Shown here in pieces: positions 7,319-11,311 of a stretch of 11,311 nucleotides of DNA. The translations under genes and the position numbers were made by a program. Every line of letters starts with the position of its first letter. The stretch's first letter is position 1. Origin of the DNA: Cyanobacteria bacterium P01_D01_bin.156. GTDB lineage: Bacteria; Cyanobacteriota; Cyanobacteriia; Phormidesmidales; Phormidesmidaceae. The stretch covers positions 1-11,311 of the forward strand of contig JBCCQQ010000107.1 in assembly GCA_039024555.1 (NCBI GenBank), written 5' to 3'. The notes below the pieces were generated by a model, which saw only the letters and a program-made list of their open reading frames with translations, was not told the DNA's origin and did not search any database.

Positions 7319-8740
7319 ATGCCGATTCCCACACTTGTCATTGCTGGAACCCACAGTGGTGTGGGCAAAACGTCCATCGCCATTGGGTTAATGCGGGCGT
7401 TTACTAATCAGGGACTACAAGTACAGCCCTTTAAGGTGGGACCTGACTTTATTGACCCCAGCCACCATCGACAGGCAACGGGGCGGGTGTCTCATAATTT
7501 GGATGGATGGATGCTGAATCAGGCTCAAAATTGTCAAATTTTTGATCAAGCCTGTGAAGGGGCCGATCTGGCCATCGTTGAGGGGGTCATGGGCCTGTTT
7601 GACGGGTACGGCGCGGCATCTGAGGCGGGGAGTACGGCTGAAATGGCCAAGTGGCTGGGGGCATCAGTGCTGCTTGTGATTAATGCTCGCTCCTTGGCCC
7701 GCAGTGCGGCCGCCTTAATTGCCGGCTATAGCAACTTTGATTCAGATCTGACGGTGGCGGGGGTGATTTGCAACCAAATTGGCAGTGCGTCACACCTGGA
7801 GCGCATTTGTTCAGCGGTGAGACACACTGTCCGGGTACCTATTTTGGGCGGTATCCCTCGCACTGAACCGGTGAAAATCCCTGAACGTCATCTAGGACTC
7901 TGGCGAGCGGCGGAATTAACTGAGCTCGGCTATTTGGACACTCTGGCTCGACTGGTCACTGACAATCTGGATTTGCAAGCCTTAATAAACATTGCAAAAT
8001 CTAGATCACCCCGAGCGGTCGCCACGACTGAGCCAGATCGGAAAACAAATCGCCAAAAATGCTTGCCACCCTCCCCTAAAGTTCGCATTGGTATTGCTCA
8101 GGATCAGGCATTTTGTTTTTACTATGCCGTTAACCTAACCCTGTTAGAACAATTCGGTGCAGAACTCATTCCATTTTCTCCTTTAGAGGATACCTTACCT
8201 GAAAAATTAGACGGTCTCTATATTGGTGGGGGTTACCCTGAACTCCATGCAGAACAACTGGTCAAGAATCAGGAAATGCGGGATGCGATCGCACACTTCT
8301 GTCAAGCAGGACGTCCGGTTTATGCAGAATGTGGCGGCCTCATGTATCTTTCCCAGGGACTGCTAGAAAACGAGACCTATCCCTTTGTCGGCATTCTCCC
8401 CTTTTGGACAAAAATGGGAAACCGCGTCAAGCTCGGCTATCGTCAAGTAGACATGGTAGGCCCTTACAACGGCTTCCCAAACCAGGGAAAAATTCGCGGT
8501 CATCGGTTTCATTATTCAGATATTGTCGATGCTGAAGGCAATCTTCTAAAGATTGTCCCACCTTTCCCTGAGCATACCCAAAAAGAACAACTACAGTTCA
8601 ACTATCAATTGCAAGGCTGGAACAACTATCAAAGCTGGGAAGGATATCAGATTTACAACGTTCTAGCCAGCTACGTCCATCTACACTTTGGCAGTAATCC
8701 CACCTTTGCCCAAAGGTTTGTTCAGTACTGCAGATCTTAA
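7319..8740 (+). CDS. cobB: Cobyrinate a,c-diamide synthase (CbiA/CobB)
   Basis: GTHSGVGKT P-loop, PFKVGPDFIDP, VEGVMGLFDG, IPERHLGL, AFCFYY, GGGYPE, YAECGGLMYL and SYVHLHF motifs. Confidence 0.96.
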   Translation: MPIPTLVIAGTHSGVGKTSIAIGLMRAFTNQGLQVQPFKVGPDFIDPSHHRQATGRVSHNLDGWMLNQAQNCQIFDQACEGADLAIVEGVMGLFDGYGAASEAGSTAEMAKWLGASVLLVINARSLARSAAALIAGYSNFDSDLTVAGVICNQIGSASHLERICSAVRHTVRVPILGGIPRTEPVKIPERHLGLWRAAELTELGYLDTLARLVTDNLDLQALINIAKSRSPRAVATTEPDRKTNRQKCLPPSPKVRIGIAQDQAFCFYYAVNLTLLEQFGAELIPFSPLEDTLPEKLDGLYIGGGYPELHAEQLVKNQEMRDAIAHFCQAGRPVYAECGGLMYLSQGLLENETYPFVGILPFWTKMGNRVKLGYRQVDMVGPYNGFPNQGKIRGHRFHYSDIVDAEGNLLKIVPPFPEHTQKEQLQFNYQLQGWNNYQSWEGYQIYNVLASYVHLHFGSNPTFAQRFVQYCRS

Positions 8741-8797
8741 TCTCTATAACCACGGTTCTCGCTCCTAAGATCACCAATGTCAATCCCGTCGAGTAAA

Positions 8798-8842
8798 CAA
8801 AAAGAAAGCATGGTTGCTGCTTTGACTCAAAACAGCAACCAT
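8798..8842 (-). terminator. Intrinsic terminator downstream of cobW
   Basis: Minus strand reads ATGGTTGCTG-T-TTTG-agt-CAAA-G-CAGCAACCAT followed by GCTTTCTTTTTG. The stem's single mismatch is a U.G wobble only on the minus strand. Lies between the convergent cobB and cobW. Confidence 0.75.
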
Positions 8843-8878
8843 AGTTCCATCGCTATAAAACTTGTCCACTGACAAGAC

Positions 8879-9919
8879 CTATGCCGCCGCTGCCATCGTC
8901 TGGGCAATAGTCTCTTTATCTAGATGAGAGCCAATCACCACCAACCGGGTCTGACGAGCTTCATCCACTTGCCAGGCACGATCATAAAAGTGATCGAATC
9001 GTTGCCCTACCCCCTGCAAAACCAGGCGCATCCTTTTATTCGGCACAGATACAAAACCTTTTATTCGGTAAATTTCTTGCTGTTGTACCAACGATTGTAA
9101 ACGTTTCACCAGAACAGATGGCTCAAACATCTCGTCTAATTCAATATAAACTGACTCTAGATGATCGTCATGCTCGTGTTCTTCTTCATGATCATGATGA
9201 CTATGACGACTATCCAGATCATCTTCAACCGCTGCATTAAAGCCCAGCAAAATATCTGGATTAATTTCACCTTGATGACAGGGAACAACCTTAACGCCGG
9301 TAGGAGCTTCCTGCTGCAGCCATTGCTGCACCCGCTGACTACTCTCTTTTGAGAGCATATCGGTCTTAGTCAGCAATACCATATCGGCACAGGCTAACTG
9401 ATCCTCAAACAGCTCCTCAATCGGAGTCTCATGATCCAACGAATCATCGGCCTGTCTTTGAGCTTCTAGCGCTTCTAAATCACCAACAATCTGACCATGC
9501 GATAGGGCTTCACCATCTACCACGGTCACCACACCATCCACGGTCGCTCCTGTGCGAATTTCAGGCCAACGAAATGCTTGCACCAGTGGCTTTGGTAAAG
9601 CTAACCCTGATGTTTCAATGACAATACAATCAATGTCTTCCCTGCGCTTTAGCAGCGTTTGCATAGTGGGTAAAAACTCTTCTTGAACGGTGCAGCACAG
9701 ACAGCCATTAGCTAACTCTAGAATGTTGGTGCCAGGAGTCTCGTCCTCATCGCAGACTTGACAAGATTTAAGGATTTCACCATCAATACCAACTTCGCCA
9801 AACTCATTGACTAGCACAGCAATACGTCGTCCCTGATTGTTTTGCAACAGATGACGAACCAACGTAGTTTTGCCCGAGCCTAGAAACCCGGTAACTACGG
9901 TAACAGGAATTTTATGCAT
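8879..9919 (-). CDS. cobW: Cobalamin biosynthesis metallochaperone GTPase CobW (COG0523)
   Basis: GFLGSGKTT, VNEFGEVGIDG, ELANGCLCC (CxCC), IETSGLALPKPL, His-rich HSHHDHEEEHEHDDH and YRIKG motifs. RBS GAGGA just upstream. Confidence 0.96.
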   Translation of the reverse strand: MHKIPVTVVTGFLGSGKTTLVRHLLQNNQGRRIAVLVNEFGEVGIDGEILKSCQVCDEDETPGTNILELANGCLCCTVQEEFLPTMQTLLKRREDIDCIVIETSGLALPKPLVQAFRWPEIRTGATVDGVVTVVDGEALSHGQIVGDLEALEAQRQADDSLDHETPIEELFEDQLACADMVLLTKTDMLSKESSQRVQQWLQQEAPTGVKVVPCHQGEINPDILLGFNAAVEDDLDSRHSHHDHEEEHEHDDHLESVYIELDEMFEPSVLVKRLQSLVQQQEIYRIKGFVSVPNKRMRLVLQGVGQRFDHFYDRAWQVDEARQTRLVVIGSHLDKETIAQTMAAAA

Positions 9920-10059
9920 AATCCTCTTCAGACTTAATTTTTATAGTCAGCTTGCAAATTCAAGCAAGAAAAATCGATTCCATTTACGGCGTGGGTGGCG
10001 CATTTGTATTAACGCCGTCAATGGTGAAACTCGCAAATCGTAAACTTAAGATTGCATGG

Positions 10060-10266
10060 GAAATGAATTAGCCCAATTACCGAATGGGCCAACTCTGAGA
10101 AAAAGCCTTCAACAAGCGTATTCTCTGTTTACCCTCCCATAGCATGCTGTGCCAGGACAGGCGTCGTAGTGAAGAGAAACGCTATGGGCGCAAATCGCAT
10201 AAGCTTGAATGCGCCAAACACCGAGACAACCCTGAAACGCTTCAAGGCAAAAAAATATGACCTCAT
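10060..10266 (-). pseudogene. hupE: Decayed 5' fragment of a HupE/UreJ-family cobalt/nickel transporter
   Basis: Hand translation from ATG 10266: MRSYFFALKRFRVVSVFGAFKLMRFAPIAFLFTTTPVLAQHAMGG*TENTLVEGFFSELAHSVIGLIHF. This resembles a signal peptide plus the HupE AHHxMGG...EGFLSGLAHPVIGLDH motif. In-frame TAA at 10131-10129, and similarity is lost after about 10060. Confidence 0.8.
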
Positions 10267-10420
10267 CTGTACCTCGCAGATCAGTGAAACAGCAGGTTAA
10301 TCATCGGCGGGCATTCTGACTTAGAGGCATCACACCTCATTCACAGCTGCGGGACAGCGGCAGACTTGCACTGCACTTTCCCCGTTTCCTCCAGCGGCTG
10401 CTTTCCGCAAGAACCGATGA
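10265..10420 (-). promoter_or_regulatory. Cobalamin (B12) riboswitch: aptamer 10420-10301 plus RBS hairpin 10281-10265
   Basis: Minus strand: TCATCGGTTC...GGAAACGGGGAAAG...GTGCAAGTC...CGCTGTCCCGCAGCTGTGA...AGTCAGAATGCCCGCCGATGA, with the B12 box and a TCATCGG/CCGATGA P1 stem. Downstream hairpin ATCTG-CGAGGTA-CAGAT overlaps the ATG at 10266. Confidence 0.95.
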
Positions 10421-10432
10421 CAAAGTAACCTC

Positions 10433-10441
10433 AATCTAGCA
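10433..10441 (-). promoter_or_regulatory. Candidate extended -10 promoter element for the riboswitch transcript
   Basis: TGcTAGATT (TGn plus TAnnnT) ends 12 nt before the P1 stem, a plausible spacing. No clear -35. Confidence 0.45.
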
Positions 10442-10792
10442 TCTTCACATTCGCTTTGAGTATTACTGTTTTCTATCTCAATAACTTAATTCATGATTGA
10501 GAGTTGACTTATCCCTGAAATAACGCCTGATAATCTACTGGAGTTGAGATATATAATCCCCAGTTAGGTGAGAGCGAAACTAACTCCATGCTTGCTTGAA
10601 CCACGGACTCATTCGCATGTCAGGCCAAGTATCTGAGGATTTATCAGTCTCAGCATTCAAGCCTATTTGACTATTAGGCGTAATTTATGGCTAATTTGAG
10701 CCCGACTAGGCTTGCTTGTAGAGATATCTAACGAACACCACATTAGGTGTAACACTATAGATGTATATCAGACGTTGTCAGCGATAGGTTCT

Positions 10793-11242
10793 ATGCAAAT
10801 TTGGGTCGATGCAGATGCATGTCCGAATGTCATTAAGGAGATTCTGTACAGAGCTGCTAAACGGTTACAGATTCAGCTAACGTTGGTCGCTAATACACCT
10901 ATCCAAATTCCTGCATCACCTCACATTGATTCAGTGCTCGTGCGATCAGGATTAGATGTAGCAGACAACCACATCGTAAAACAGATGACATCCGGAGACC
11001 TGGTTATTACGGCTGATATTCCTTTAGCCGCAAATGTAATCGAACAGGGTGGAACTGCACTAAATCCCAGGGGCGAATTTTATGATGCAGGCAATATCCG
11101 AGAGCGTCTATCAATGCGGAATTTTATGGAAACTCTGCGCAATAGTGGAGTAGAAACAGGGGGGCCGCCTCCTTTGAATCATCGAGATCGTGAGGCATTT
11201 GCGAACCAGCTTGATCGATTTCTGCGCAAACATATAGATTAA
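10793..11242 (+). CDS. yaiI: YaiI/YqxD (UPF0178) family protein, 149 aa
   Basis: [40 protein letters not shown] and GGPPP...FANQLDR motifs. ATG at 10793 preferred over TTG at 10712. Confidence 0.93.
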   Translation: MQIWVDADACPNVIKEILYRAAKRLQIQLTLVANTPIQIPASPHIDSVLVRSGLDVADNHIVKQMTSGDLVITADIPLAANVIEQGGTALNPRGEFYDAGNIRERLSMRNFMETLRNSGVETGGPPPLNHRDREAFANQLDRFLRKHID

Positions 11243-11311
11243 GTGACCTTTACAGAGAAACCGAGTGATCGGTGTTGCACGCAACGCAGTAGCACTTATA
11301 TCACTTCACCA

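Larger units (their letters stand above)
2257..8292. repeat. HIP1 octamers (GCGATCGC) at 2257, 4913, 6245 and 8285
   Basis: Four exact copies found by eye, against well under one expected by chance in 11.3 kb. All four lie in cob genes and none was seen in 1-2099. Confidence 0.75.

Noticed and set aside
8329..9352. ORFs 8329-8535, 8598-8783 and 9161-9352
   Set aside because: They overlap cobB or cobW in alternative frames.
10527..10590. Short stems and CTGATAA...GAAAC upstream of yaiI, suggesting a ribozyme or structured RNA
   Set aside because: Does not match the hammerhead CUGAnGA core, and the stems are short and mutually competing.
11260..11273. ACCGA-gtga-TCGGT hairpin after yaiI as a terminator
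   Set aside because: Only a 5-bp stem with no U-tract.

Overview
Cyanobacterial DNA: four exact HIP1 GCGATCGC sites and cyanobacterial-type CbiX, CobW and B12 riboswitch. Positions 2100-10441 hold a cobalamin cluster. On the minus strand are cbiX, cbiE-cbiT, cobI/cbiL and a cbiG-cobJ fusion. cobB/cbiA is divergent from cbiX, and cobW sits downstream of a cobalamin riboswitch. Between the riboswitch and cobW is a decayed hupE/ureJ-like cobalt transporter gene that the ORF track misses. yaiI closes the right end. The most unusual part is 1-2316. The 3' end of cobJ occurs three times (2100-2316 functional, 1068-1173, 510-727) as three distinct, mostly synonymously diverged alleles. They alternate with small cargo modules: an intact UPF0175/DUF3368 PIN toxin-antitoxin pair, and a DUF433 antitoxin whose toxin is replaced by a cobJ tail. 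Beyond them lie a gene remnant and a probable IS4 end. This looks like a serial cassette-accretion site anchored on the cobJ 3' end, with no integrase in the window. All counts were made by hand and family assignments come from motif recognition, not database searches.
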